Positions 1 through 9,029 of a stretch of 64,000 bases of DNA are shown here, in pieces. The position numbers and the translations under genes are program-made. Source of the DNA: an uncultured Candidatus Saccharibacteria bacterium (GTDB lineage Bacteria > Patescibacteriota > Minisyncoccia > Phycocordibacterales > DSPV01); the NCBI GenBank assembly GCA_964617735.1, contig CAZTXT010000001.1, positions 459,589 to 523,588 on the forward strand, given 5' to 3'. The notes under the pieces are model-generated. The model did not search any database and was not told the DNA's origin. It saw only the letters and a list, made by a program, of their open reading frames with translations. Position 1 is the first letter of the stretch, and each line of letters opens with the position of its first letter.

Positions 1-20
1 ACGAGCACCGTCCGATTTCA

Positions 21-980
21 GTGGCTATTCTGCGCGGTGGCCCCTCAAGCGAGCATGAGGTTTCGCTCAAAACCGCCGAAAGTGTTTTTCAGAATCTCTA
101 TCGCGGGAAATATCAGGTCCGTGATATTTTGATCGATAAAGACGGCGTGTGGCATATCGCGGGCTCTGCGCGTAAACCCGAACAGGCCCTGCGGGGGGTG
201 GATGTAGCGTTCATCGCGCTCCATGGAGAATATGGGGAAGACGGGCAGGTCCAGCGCATCCTCGAGCACCTCTCCATTCCCTACACGGGTTCTGACGTCT
301 TCGGTTCGGTGGTAGCGATGAACAAAGTGCTTGCCAAACAGCGTTTGGCGAAGGAAGGGATCAAAACGCCAAGCTTTACGGTTGTTAGAGAAGTTGAAGA
401 GGATAAGGATCAGCAGATCCTCGAGGCATTCCGACAGGTGCCTTTGCCAGTGGTTATCAAGCCCGCGAGTCTGGGTTCTTCCGTTGGCGTTTCGCTGGCG
501 CGCGATTTTTACGGCTTTGAGTCAGGGATCCGCCGTGCGCTCTCACATGCCCCAGTTGCGCTTATCGAAGAATATATTCCGGGCCGGGAGGCCACCTGCG
601 GTGTCATCGAGGGATTTCGGGGGCGCGAGCGGTATGCATTGCTGCCGGTTGAGATTCGTCCTCCCGCGGAGAAGGAACTTTTTGATTACGAGGCAAAATA
701 CTCGGGCATATCGCAAGAAATTTGTCCCGGGAATTTTTCTCCGCAGGATATGACCGAGCTCCAGCGACTTGCGGTCGTTGCACACGATGCTCTGGGCTTA
801 CGGCACTATTCGCGCTCGGATTTTATCGTGACACCCAAGCGCGGCATCTATTTTCTTGAAGCCAATACGCTGCCGGGTCTTACGTCCGAATCTCTCTTGC
901 CCAAAGCCCTGCGCGCCATCGGTTCAGGCCTGCCGGAATTTCTGGATCATGTCATCGAGCTCGCACTTGCAAGACGCTGA
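21..980 (+). CDS. ddl: D-alanine--D-alanine ligase
   Basis: N-terminal 'LRGGPSSEHEVSLKTAESV' and C-terminal 'LEANTLPG' are typical Ddl/ATP-grasp motifs. The frame is open to position 1 but only ~4-6 residues are expected upstream, so GTG at 21 is the likely start, unless the start lies left of the window. Confidence 0.85.
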   Translation: MAILRGGPSSEHEVSLKTAESVFQNLYRGKYQVRDILIDKDGVWHIAGSARKPEQALRGVDVAFIALHGEYGEDGQVQRILEHLSIPYTGSDVFGSVVAMNKVLAKQRLAKEGIKTPSFTVVREVEEDKDQQILEAFRQVPLPVVIKPASLGSSVGVSLARDFYGFESGIRRALSHAPVALIEEYIPGREATCGVIEGFRGRERYALLPVEIRPPAEKELFDYEAKYSGISQEICPGNFSPQDMTELQRLAVVAHDALGLRHYSRSDFIVTPKRGIYFLEANTLPGLTSESLLPKALRAIGSGLPEFLDHVIELALARR

Positions 981-1010
981 TTCTTGATACATGATGCAGT
1001 ATTCCCTAAC

Positions 1011-1084
1011 GGGCCCGTAGTTCAGTTGGCTAGAACGCCTCATTTGCAATGAGGAGGTCACCGGTTCGAATCCGGTCGGGTCCA
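1011..1084 (+). tRNA. tRNA-Ala (anticodon TGC)
   Basis: Hand-folded cloverleaf: acceptor GGGCCCG/CGGGTCC with a G3:U70 wobble, anticodon loop TTTGCAA, T-loop TTCGAAT, discriminator A. No encoded CCA. Confidence 0.85.
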
Positions 1085-1171
1085 AAAAGTAAGCTACAGA
1101 TGCAACGCAGGTGAACTACTTAGCCTATTGCTATAACAAATCATAATTTGTTATAATTTTCTTTTGCATCA

Positions 1172-1492
1172 ATGCAGTTCTCAATAAAGAGAGTTCTCCG
1201 GACATTTTTTTATGTAGTAGCACCGTTTGTGGTATTTGCCGTTCTTTTTGTGGTTAATAATTCAGGTTTACCACACCCAATCTTATTTCTTTCAATTTTA
1301 TTTCTTATTTTCTCGCTATTATTAATCTTCTTAAGACGAAAGACTTCTCCTCAGGATTCAATAGTTGTACGTGGTAAGGATAAGTTTGATGTACTCCTCA
1401 TATTTGCTGGTCTTATTGCAGTAGGTTTTTTTCTGCTGGTTATTTATTATCTTTGGGTTATTAACGAGGTAGCGAGAGTTTCGGCCCAATGA
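1172..1492 (+). CDS. hypothetical small membrane protein (3 predicted TM segments)
   Basis: ORF with strongly hydrophobic segments; no recognisable motif. Confidence 0.4.
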   Translation: MQFSIKRVLRTFFYVVAPFVVFAVLFVVNNSGLPHPILFLSILFLIFSLLLIFLRRKTSPQDSIVVRGKDKFDVLLIFAGLIAVGFFLLVIYYLWVINEVARVSAQ

Positions 1493-1547
1493 CCAAAACC
1501 AGCTTCCCTTGAATATTTGGCTTATAGGCTTGGATGGCCATTAGGAT

Positions 1548-2009
1548 TTGGTTTCAATTCACACGGATGTAGTCCACATGAATCTAGACTCAAGCACACG
1601 ACACGCCATAATTCACACGCTCCACTGCCTGTTGGGCTGTTCGATAGGCGAAGTGCTTGGAATGGTTTTAACCACAGCTCTCAATTGGTCGAACGCCGCT
1701 AATATCATTGTCTCGATAGTGTTATCGTTTTTCTTTGGGTATGCGCTTACCGCATGGTCGCTTTGGAGAAGGGGAGTCGAAACGCGTATTGCGATCCGTA
1801 CTGCAATAGCTACCGATACCGCGTCGATTGTTTCGATGGAAGCAGTCGATAACATCTTTATTTTGCTGGTACCTGGTGCGATAAACGCCGGTCTTGATAC
1901 GTCGCTCTTCTGGATCAGTTTGGTCGTCTCGCTCATCGTCGCTTTCTTTTTTACCGTTCCGGTCAATCGCTGGTTTATTACCAGAAATGAGTATATGCAT
2001 CAGCATTAA
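1548..2009 (+). CDS. DUF4396-like membrane protein
   Basis: 'HCLLGCSIGE' His/Cys-Gly-Cys-x-x-Gly-Glu motif and multiple TM helices, as in the DUF4396 family. Start could instead be the internal Met at 1578. Confidence 0.55.
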   Translation: MVSIHTDVVHMNLDSSTRHAIIHTLHCLLGCSIGEVLGMVLTTALNWSNAANIIVSIVLSFFFGYALTAWSLWRRGVETRIAIRTAIATDTASIVSMEAVDNIFILLVPGAINAGLDTSLFWISLVVSLIVAFFFTVPVNRWFITRNEYMHQH

Positions 2010-2015
2010 GAATAC

Positions 2016-2585
2016 ATGACATACTTCACACAGATTAAATATCTTATCTCATACTGGGATCATCGGTTCGCGAACATCCTTGCATCGATCAGAACGCCAT
2101 CGATGGTCGATTTTTTCAGCGCTGTTACCTTCTTGGGACAGTGGGAGATCGTAGTTGTGCTCGCGCTTGTCGTATCGGGAGTTTTCTGGCTCAAGCACCG
2201 GCGCGGATATATATTTCCTCTCTGGCTTGCGCTTGCGGGAAGCGAGGGGGTTGTGATGGTCCTTAAATTGCTGGTGCATCGCGCACGACCGGCTGTGGCA
2301 CTTTTGGCGGAGCATGATTTTTCGTTCCCAAGCGGCCATGCGGCCATTTCGATGGCCTTTTACGGTTTCGTTGTCTATGCATATTTTCGTGTGGCGAAGA
2401 CTTCTTCGCAGAAGGTGATCCAGGTGCTCCTTGGTTCCCTTATCATCGTTCTCGTGGGCGTAAGCCGTCTGTACCTGGGCGTACACTTCATGAGCGACGT
2501 TGTTGCAGGCTACTTCGTCGGAACGTTCTGGCTTTTAGTCGGTATGGTGATCTCCGAACGCTTGAACAAAAACGATTTATCCTAA
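2016..2585 (+). CDS. PAP2-family phosphatase (undecaprenyl-diphosphatase / phosphatidate phosphatase-like)
   Basis: Acid phosphatase motifs: 'KLLVHRARP', 'PSGHAA', 'SRLYLGVHFMSDV' (KX6RP-PSGH-SRX5HX3D). Confidence 0.8.
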   Translation: MTYFTQIKYLISYWDHRFANILASIRTPSMVDFFSAVTFLGQWEIVVVLALVVSGVFWLKHRRGYIFPLWLALAGSEGVVMVLKLLVHRARPAVALLAEHDFSFPSGHAAISMAFYGFVVYAYFRVAKTSSQKVIQVLLGSLIIVLVGVSRLYLGVHFMSDVVAGYFVGTFWLLVGMVISERLNKNDLS

Positions 2586-2754
2586 ATACAGATTAGATTG
2601 GACCTGGGGAATCTCGACTACCGTCGCGGGTGTTTTTCGACCTCGCAGACTCGGTAACGAAAAAGCCTTTCGATTCCCCCACACAACATGCGTAGGCACG
2701 TTGCTCAGCTCCATAGACAAAGATCGCCGCTTTCGCGACTGATTTTTGTTTCTA

Positions 2755-2825
2755 TGGACCTGGGGGGAATCGAACCCCCGCCTCGTCAATGCGAATGACG
2801 CGTCGTACCACTAGACTACAGGCCC
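2755..2825 (-). tRNA. tRNA-Ala (anticodon CGC)
   Basis: Reverse complement folds as a cloverleaf: acceptor GGGCCTG/CAGGTCC with G3:U70, anticodon stem CGTCA/TGACG, loop TTCGCAT, T-arm GGGGG-TTCGATT-CCCCC, discriminator A. Confidence 0.8.
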
Positions 2826-2828
2826 CTA

Positions 2829-2899
2829 TCGGGATGCCGGGAATCGAACCCGGGCCTCACGTACCCGAAACGTGTATACTACCTCTATACTACATCCCG
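2829..2899 (-). tRNA. tRNA-Pro (anticodon CGG)
   Basis: Reverse complement: acceptor CGGGATG/CATCCCG, anticodon stem CACGT/ACGTG, loop TTCGGGT with G37, T-arm CCGGG-TTCGATT-CCCGG. Only 3 nt separate it from tRNA-Ala(CGC). Confidence 0.8.
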
Positions 2900-3041
2900 T
2901 TATGTCGGGTTTGCTTATTATACTGAAAGAGCACTTATAGACAACGCTCTTTTATTAGAATTTGGCGCCTATTGACGGAAAGATCGAGATACTTTAGATT
3001 TCTCTTTTAGAATCCAGAAACGATTAGAAAGGAAGGTACGC

Positions 3042-3338
3042 ATGTTGCGACAGGAAGTGCTCGAACATATCGCCAACCAAGCATCAGAGCAGTTGGCGGG
3101 AGAGCGGCGCCAGGGGTTTTTACTGGCGCTTAAGTACGATGAACAAAAGAGCCTCCGGATCATTGAAGAGAATCTGATGATCGCGATCAGAGAGGCTGCG
3201 CGAGGAACCAGACAGACGATCGCATTGGGTGATCGGAATCATCAAAAGGAGGTTGCAAAAGAAATTCTTGGATATTTCAAGACCCACTTTGCTCGCGAGA
3301 TATCTGCACTGAAACCTCGTTGCAGTTGTCTTGAATAA
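3042..3338 (+). CDS. hypothetical protein (98 aa, alpha-helical)
   Basis: Own sigma-70-like promoter (TTGACG-17-TAGATT at ~2982-3010) and SD 'aaaggaagg' before the ATG. Followed by a bidirectional terminator. Confidence 0.5.
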   Translation: MLRQEVLEHIANQASEQLAGERRQGFLLALKYDEQKSLRIIEENLMIAIREAARGTRQTIALGDRNHQKEVAKEILGYFKTHFAREISALKPRCSCLE

Positions 3339-3360
3339 AGAGGTAAGTAAACACCGAACT

Positions 3361-3392
3361 AAAACCGCGACTTGAGAGCCGCGGTTTTTCTT
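3361..3392. terminator. bidirectional Rho-independent terminator
   Basis: aaccgcg-loop-cgcggtt stem, flanked by an A-run and a T-run. Serves the 3042 gene (+) and the ABC permease (-). Confidence 0.7.
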
Positions 3393-3405
3393 TTGGGAAG
3401 AATTT

Positions 3406-4194
3406 CTAGATTTGGATCTTATTGAAAAAGTAGCTTCCAAGCCAGAGGAAGACAACCGTGATCGCGGTGAGGAGGCCGAGGTCTAAACCCATGTTGAAGT
3501 GCCCTGCGCTTATGAGAAGCGCTCTGATCGCGTCGATACCATAAGTGAGCGGATCAATGCGGGCAGCGATAGCAAGTCCCGTCGGAAGTCCGTTAAGCGG
3601 GAAGAGCGAGCCGGAGAGAAAAAAGAGCGGCATGATGAGGAAGTTCATGATGAGCTGGAAGCCCTGCATGTCTTCAAGGAGGGATGCCACTGCGGTGCCG
3701 AGCGCCGTGAACAGAAGCGCAACTAGAAACATCACCGGAATAGCAATAAGGATACCCCACCAATTTGTCGGCCGGAATCCAAAAAGCAGGGACATCACGA
3801 GCACGAAGATTCCCTGAATCGTGGCAACCGTCGCTCCGCCGAGCGTCCGGCCTATCATGATGTTGAGACGCGACATCGGCGCCACCATCATCTCTTTGAG
3901 GAATCCGAATTGCCTGTCCCAGATTATCTCGATGCCGGAAAACATCGCGGTGAAAATGATACCCATGCCGATGATGCCGGGAGCTAAGAAGTTGAGATAG
4001 TTCCCTTGACCAGCCTGCTGGAAAACCGAGCCGAAACCGTAGCCCAGTGCCAAAAGAAATAGGATCGGCTGGGCCAGAGAACCTACGATGCGCGACTTCG
4101 AGCGAATGTATCGCTTGAGTTGTCGGAGCCAGAGAATGTAGATTTTATTCATGGGTTTATGATTGCACCAGTTTACTTTTTTCCGCCGCGCCAC
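3406..4194 (-). CDS. ABC-2 type transporter permease
   Basis: Six-TM ABC-2 permease-like profile. Overlaps by 22 nt with the upstream ATPase gene, as in an operon. Confidence 0.8.
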   Translation of the reverse strand: MARRKKVNWCNHKPMNKIYILWLRQLKRYIRSKSRIVGSLAQPILFLLALGYGFGSVFQQAGQGNYLNFLAPGIIGMGIIFTAMFSGIEIIWDRQFGFLKEMMVAPMSRLNIMIGRTLGGATVATIQGIFVLVMSLLFGFRPTNWWGILIAIPVMFLVALLFTALGTAVASLLEDMQGFQLIMNFLIMPLFFLSGSLFPLNGLPTGLAIAARIDPLTYGIDAIRALLISAGHFNMGLDLGLLTAITVVFLWLGSYFFNKIQI

Positions 4195-4976
4195 ATTCGT
4201 GCCATTTGGCGCATTTGATCGGTTGAAGAGGATGCCTCTTCGCGGATAGTCTCGCCGGTCAATTTCAAGAATGCTTCCTCCAGGGTTTTGGTGCTGGTTC
4301 GGAGTGTAAGGTCGTCGAGCGTTCCCGAAGCTACGATCCTGCCATGATCAATGATCGCGATACGCTCTGCGATCTTTGCGGCTTCTTCCATATAGTGTGT
4401 CGTGAAGAAAATAGTCGTACCCTCGGTTTTATTCAGTTTCTTCAAATAGTCCCACATATGATTTCGGGTCTGGGGGTCAAGGCCCAAAGTCGGCTCATCA
4501 AGAAAAATGATCTTCGGATGGTGCAGAAGCCCCCGCGCGATCTCCAGTCGCCGCTTCATACCACCCGAAAATTCTTTGACCAAGCTGTCTCTACGATCTG
4601 AAAGGTCAACGAACGAAAGAAGTTCACCGATCCGCTTTTTACGTACTTCGTACGGAACATCGTAGAGCACCCCATGGAACTCCATGTTCTCCCATGCAGT
4701 CAACTCATCGTCGAGAGACGGGTCCTGAAAGACGATACCGAAGGAGCGGCGAACTTTCTTCGGATGTATTACCGGATCATCCCCGTTGACGATGAGCGTT
4801 CCGCTGGTCGGATGTAAAAGCGTAGTGAGCATCTTTATCGTCGTAGATTTTCCGGCACCATTGGGCCCAAGAAACGCAAAAATCTCGCCCTTCTGTACTG
4901 AAAAGCTCACCTCGTTAACCGCGGTGAAGTTCTTGAATTTTTTAGTTAATTTCTCGGCTTTTATGATTTCGGGCAT
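4173..4976 (-). CDS. ABC transporter ATP-binding protein
   Basis: Walker A 'GPNGAGKST', signature 'LSGGMKRRL', Walker B 'IIFLDEPT', H-loop. Confidence 0.9.
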   Translation of the reverse strand: MPEIIKAEKLTKKFKNFTAVNEVSFSVQKGEIFAFLGPNGAGKSTTIKMLTTLLHPTSGTLIVNGDDPVIHPKKVRRSFGIVFQDPSLDDELTAWENMEFHGVLYDVPYEVRKKRIGELLSFVDLSDRRDSLVKEFSGGMKRRLEIARGLLHHPKIIFLDEPTLGLDPQTRNHMWDYLKKLNKTEGTTIFFTTHYMEEAAKIAERIAIIDHGRIVASGTLDDLTLRTSTKTLEEAFLKLTGETIREEASSSTDQMRQMARMWRGGKK

Positions 4977-5110
4977 ATAGGGGTGTTATTCTACCATATC
5001 TATACGTGTTCATAACTTGATTGGAGTGCACGGAAGTCGCGCTATAATGAACTTCAGGTGAAGATTATAAGGTCGCTTAGTTTTAATAAACGCAGAAACT
5101 GCAAAAAATC

Positions 5111-5344
5111 ATGAAAAGTCATATGGGTCTGCATATGGTCACATTCATCCTTCTCATCGTGGGAGGTTTGAACTGGCTGTTGCGCGTTTTCGGCTGGGAT
5201 CTGGAGGGATTGGGTCTATCGATGACCATCGACAAGATCATCTATCTCCTCGTCGGTCTCTCGGCGATCTATGAGATCGTGACGCATAAAGGCCGCTGCA
5301 AAGAGTGCAAGCCGGATGGGGCTGCGATGGGTGGGGCGATGTAG
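5111..5344 (+). CDS. DUF378-like small membrane protein
   Basis: ~77 aa with two TM helices and a 'GGLNWLL' motif typical of DUF378. Terminator at 5371-5404 (caccgcggcc-taaa-ggccgcggtg + T-run). Confidence 0.55.
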   Translation: MKSHMGLHMVTFILLIVGGLNWLLRVFGWDLEGLGLSMTIDKIIYLLVGLSAIYEIVTHKGRCKECKPDGAAMGGAM

Positions 5345-5542
5345 GTCCCACTCTCTCCGAGCATATTCAAAAACACCGCGGCCTAAAGGCCGCGGTGTTT
5401 CGTTGCCGCTGATCTGACATTTGACGATACAGTGCTTTTCATGGTACTGTCTATACAGTTCATTCACACGGCGCTTCACGAGCCTAACCAAACTTGCCCA
5501 ATGACGGGACGAGTCGTGAGGATATACAGAAGAAAGGAATGC

Positions 5543-6157
5543 ATGGAGATGAATAGAATCGACGCGGATATCACCGAGCCGAGAGAAAAACCGGAAGTTC
5601 TTATGTCGGTCAATTTCCCGGTTCAGTTCGGCGAGAAAGACACTTCGCATGTCTTGATCGTTAATAGTTCCTACACCTACACTGACGGCTTGTTCTTAGA
5701 CAAGCGCAATCTCTTGCAGCCGCTCAAGAAACAATGGTTCGATCTGGAGGCAATAAACTTCAAATCTCCGGTGACGATTAAACAAGTGACTAGCTATCTT
5801 CGATCCGAAGGGAAGGAGCCTGCACTGCCGGAGCATCACTTAGCTTTAGGCTCCCACTATCCGATGGTGAATTCGGAACTCCGAGGGAAGCTTGAGAATA
5901 TGATTCGCGGGAAGTTCGGTAAGCCGATGAGCCCTGAAGACGCTCATGCAGTGGAAGTGGCGAGCGAAGTCCTTGAAAAAGGACACCTTACCTTGATCAG
6001 TACGGGTAGGGTCATGGAAACTCGTGTACGCGAGCACCACGTCTATCTGGGTTTTTCTATGAATGGTCCTTTTGGGTTCGGCACGAGCCTGGTCGGCTTC
6101 GTGGCGGATCCCGATAGGGTCTGGCGTCAAGATACGTTCTTTCTCGCAGTCAATTAG
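5543..6157 (+). CDS. hypothetical protein (204 aa)
   Basis: Start moved to the internal ATG at 5543, which has SD 'agaaaggaa'. The upstream part of the 5432 ORF overlaps a promoter-like region. Terminator at 6178-6226. Confidence 0.5.
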   Translation: MEMNRIDADITEPREKPEVLMSVNFPVQFGEKDTSHVLIVNSSYTYTDGLFLDKRNLLQPLKKQWFDLEAINFKSPVTIKQVTSYLRSEGKEPALPEHHLALGSHYPMVNSELRGKLENMIRGKFGKPMSPEDAHAVEVASEVLEKGHLTLISTGRVMETRVREHHVYLGFSMNGPFGFGTSLVGFVADPDRVWRQDTFFLAVN

Positions 6158-6254
6158 TAATCTTTGTTGGTGGTTTAGAAACCGCTTGGGCTGTTAAAAC
6201 AGCTCAAGCGGTTTTTTTATTTTCTTCGAATCCGTGCTCCCTTGCTTCACTCAA

Positions 6255-6328
6255 TGCGCCCTGGAGGGTTCGAACCTCCGACCTTTCGAATGTGAATCGA
6301 ACGCTCTAACCAACTGAGCTAAGGGCGC
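6255..6328 (-). tRNA. tRNA-Val (anticodon CAC)
   Basis: Reverse complement: GCGCCCT acceptor, D-arm GCTC-AGTTGGTTA-GAGC, anticodon stem TTCGA/TCGAA with loop TTCACAT, T-arm GGAGG-TTCGAAC-CCTCC. Confidence 0.8.
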
Positions 6329-6393
6329 AAACGAATCAATTATACATAGCAATTTCAAATTCTCCAGAATTCGGATATACTTTGAAGTCTCAA

Positions 6394-6467
6394 GGGCCGG
6401 TAGCTCAGCTGGCTAGAGCGCCGCTATGGCATAGCGGAGGTCGTGGGTTCGAACCCCATCCGGTCCA
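6394..6467 (+). tRNA. tRNA-Ala (anticodon GGC)
   Basis: Acceptor GGGCCGG/CCGGTCC with G3:U70, anticodon stem CCGCT/AGCGG with loop ATGGCAT, T-arm GTGGG-TTCGAAC-CCCAT. The listed ORF 6382 reads through this tRNA. Confidence 0.8.
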
Positions 6468-6495
6468 CAACGTGAACCAAAATAATAAAAATAAT

Positions 6496-7905
6496 GTGGA
6501 TCCGACCGTGCTCGTCATCTTTGGCGCGACAGGGGATTTGGCGCAGTCTAAGCTTTACCCCGCCCTTTTTGATCTTTTCTCAAAAAACGTTCTGCCACGG
6601 AAATTCTCAATAACCGCTTTTGCGCGCCGCGAATATACTGACGAAACCTATCGGCAGTTTGTGCGCGCTGCTCTTGTAGCAAGAAAATCCAGCGCGCCGG
6701 AGAAGGCACTCGATGACTTCCTCGGTTTGATCCGCTATGTCAAAGGTGATTTTGATGATGATGCTTCGTATCATGCGCTGGCCACGTATCTCTCCAAAGT
6801 AGATGCTGATTTTAATATCTGCTCGAACAAACTCTTCTATCTCGCGGTCCCACCATCGCTCTATGAAAATATCCTCAACCGCTTATCGAGCTCGGGGCTT
6901 ACGATTCCCTGTGGTGGAGACGAGGGATGGACTCGGGTACTTATAGAGAAACCGTTCGGCAATAACATCGAGACTGCGCGGAGGTTGGATCAGTTGCTTG
7001 GAAAACTTTTTGATGAATCGCAGATATTCCGCATCGATCACTACCTCGCTAAAGAAACACTCCAAAATATCCTCGTCTTTCGTTTTTCCAATTCACTTTT
7101 TGAGCCGATCTGGAATCGTACGTACATTGAAAGGATAGAGATACAGATGTATGAGCAGGCATCTGCTGCAGGCCGCGGCGCTTTCTACGATCCTATCGGT
7201 GCCTTACGCGACGTCGGTCAGAACCATCTTTTGGCAATGCTCTCGCTCATCACGATGGAATACCCAGAGAATTTTTCAGCTACTGCCATTCAAAAAGAAC
7301 GCGCGCGGGTTCTGAAAGCCCTTACTCCGATAACGGGTTCTTTGGTGCGAAAGGTTGTGCGTGGTCAGTACGAGGGATATCGGCAGGAAAAGGGCGTGCA
7401 AGAGAGTTCGACTACTGAAACTTTTTTTTCTTTGGTCGCATTTGTTAAAAATAGCCGCTGGAAGGGAGTGCCGATAGAAATTTCCGCAGGCAAAGCTCTT
7501 TCGCAAACAAAAACCGAGATAACCATTCATTTCAAAGATGTCTCTATGAGCTCACAGGACGTAAAAACGAACCCGAACCGGCTGACCTTCCGTATTCAAC
7601 CCAACGAAGGAATATCAATCCTATTCTGGGTGAAAAAGCCGGGTTTTGAGAATGTCGCCCGCCCCGAAGAGCTCTCATTCAATTATGCCGATAACGCGGA
7701 GACAAAATTGATGCCTGATGCGTACGAGCGTGTGCTCTACGACTGTGTCCGTGGCGATCAGACGCTTTTTGCCAGCACCACGGAAATGGAGGCGGCATGG
7801 AAATTCATCACGCCCATCCTTTCGCGCTGGAAGAACAATCCCTTGCGCACCTATCGGAAGGGCGAAGCGGTCGAGAATATAATCTCCCCTCATCCAAAGA
7901 AATGA
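6496..7905 (+). CDS. zwf: glucose-6-phosphate 1-dehydrogenase
   Basis: N-terminal 'LVIFGATGDLAQSKLYPALF' NADP-binding motif and 'RIDHYLAKE' active-site motif. Start is placed at the in-frame GTG 6496, just downstream of tRNA-Ala(GGC); about 469 aa. Confidence 0.85.
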   Translation: MDPTVLVIFGATGDLAQSKLYPALFDLFSKNVLPRKFSITAFARREYTDETYRQFVRAALVARKSSAPEKALDDFLGLIRYVKGDFDDDASYHALATYLSKVDADFNICSNKLFYLAVPPSLYENILNRLSSSGLTIPCGGDEGWTRVLIEKPFGNNIETARRLDQLLGKLFDESQIFRIDHYLAKETLQNILVFRFSNSLFEPIWNRTYIERIEIQMYEQASAAGRGAFYDPIGALRDVGQNHLLAMLSLITMEYPENFSATAIQKERARVLKALTPITGSLVRKVVRGQYEGYRQEKGVQESSTTETFFSLVAFVKNSRWKGVPIEISAGKALSQTKTEITIHFKDVSMSSQDVKTNPNRLTFRIQPNEGISILFWVKKPGFENVARPEELSFNYADNAETKLMPDAYERVLYDCVRGDQTLFASTTEMEAAWKFITPILSRWKNNPLRTYRKGEAVENIISPHPKK

Positions 7906-8615
7906 AGGTAATAAATTGCCTTGATCCGCAGACAGCCTTAAAAAAAGCGGGAGAAGCGCTCGATGGTGCTCTGCGCAACGTCGAGGGGAACGTCCTTCTG
8001 TTCATTTCGGGCGGTTCGTCGCTCAACGTCTTGCGCTTTGTGGAAAGGATTCCGCGACACCTTACGATCGCATTGGTGGATGAGCGGATAAGTCAGCGGC
8101 CGGAAGATTCTAACTGGCATGCTTTCACCCAGACGAACTATTATCGGAATGCACACGCCTCGGGCGTGATTTTTTTACCGATCCCGACACACGGCTCGGT
8201 CCATGAAAGTGCTGTCCACTATGAGCAAAACGTGCGCAAAATATTTCAGAAAGATGCCGGACGCGTGCTCGCGCTCTTGGGAGTCGGTACTGATGGCCAT
8301 ATTGCCGGGGTCATGCCCTATCCAAAAGACGAGATCGAGTTTGAAAACCGGTTTCTAGATCCTGATCGATGGGTCGTGGGATATGATGCAAGCGGGAAGA
8401 GTCCGTATCCACATCGGGTTACGCTCTCCCTGGATTTTCTCAAGATGCGGGTGCATCAGAGCATCGTCGCCGCATTTGGTGTCGAAAAATACCGTGCGCT
8501 GGAGCGCACGGTCGCACGCACAGGCGCTATCGCTGAAACGCCCGCGCGAATCCTTCGTTCGATGAACAAAGTCCAGCTCTTCACAGACATAGGTGTTTGC
8601 TCGGAAAGTCGTTAA
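7902..8615 (+). CDS. pgl: 6-phosphogluconolactonase (NagB/DevB family)
   Basis: 'LLGVGTDGHIAG' motif of the 6-PGL/GlcN6P-isomerase family. ATG overlaps the zwf stop (ATGA), indicating translational coupling. Confidence 0.75.
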   Translation: MKVINCLDPQTALKKAGEALDGALRNVEGNVLLFISGGSSLNVLRFVERIPRHLTIALVDERISQRPEDSNWHAFTQTNYYRNAHASGVIFLPIPTHGSVHESAVHYEQNVRKIFQKDAGRVLALLGVGTDGHIAGVMPYPKDEIEFENRFLDPDRWVVGYDASGKSPYPHRVTLSLDFLKMRVHQSIVAAFGVEKYRALERTVARTGAIAETPARILRSMNKVQLFTDIGVCSESR

Positions 8616-8681
8616 TTGACATGGCTGGGTCGTTTTTGATTTACTGGGCATAGAAATAACTCTAGAAAGGAGGATTGTGTC

Positions 8682-8930
8682 ATGGCAGTGCCCCCTAGAA
8701 AACACCGCAAAGTCCCTCAAAAAGGAGATCAGAGTTTTAATGCGTGCCCTTCTACCGCAGACTTACTCCTGTTTGATGGTGGGGACAAAAAGCTTTGGAG
8801 ACTAACGGATATGCGCGCTGCGGCCATTGAGCGGCATCTGAAGACTTGTTCAAAGTGTCGGGAGCGTACAAAAGCCGTTGTTGCCAACTTCCAGAAGGTA
8901 ATGACAAAGATCATATCTGGAGCCCGCTGA
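8682..8930 (+). CDS. small zinc-finger (zf-HC2-like, 'HLKTCSKC') protein
   Basis: Strong SD 'aaaggagg' 8 nt upstream and a TTGACA-containing promoter at ~8616. Terminator at 8947-8975. Confidence 0.5.
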   Translation: MAVPPRKHRKVPQKGDQSFNACPSTADLLLFDGGDKKLWRLTDMRAAAIERHLKTCSKCRERTKAVVANFQKVMTKIISGAR

Positions 8931-9029
8931 TAAAAGGAGCTGATCGAACCGGAAGCAACTGCTTCCGGTTTTTTAAACCCGAGGTCGAAATAATTTGAGG
9001 TTTTGGTCGTTCTTGAGTAATATCACAGA

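Noticed and set aside
6382-6495. N-terminal 38 codons of the listed 6382..7905 ORF ('MKSQGPVAQLARAPLWHSGGRGFEPHPV...')
   Set aside because: This stretch is the translation of tRNA-Ala(GGC) and its flank. The G6PD NADP-binding motif begins right after the in-frame GTG at 6496, which I use as the zwf start.
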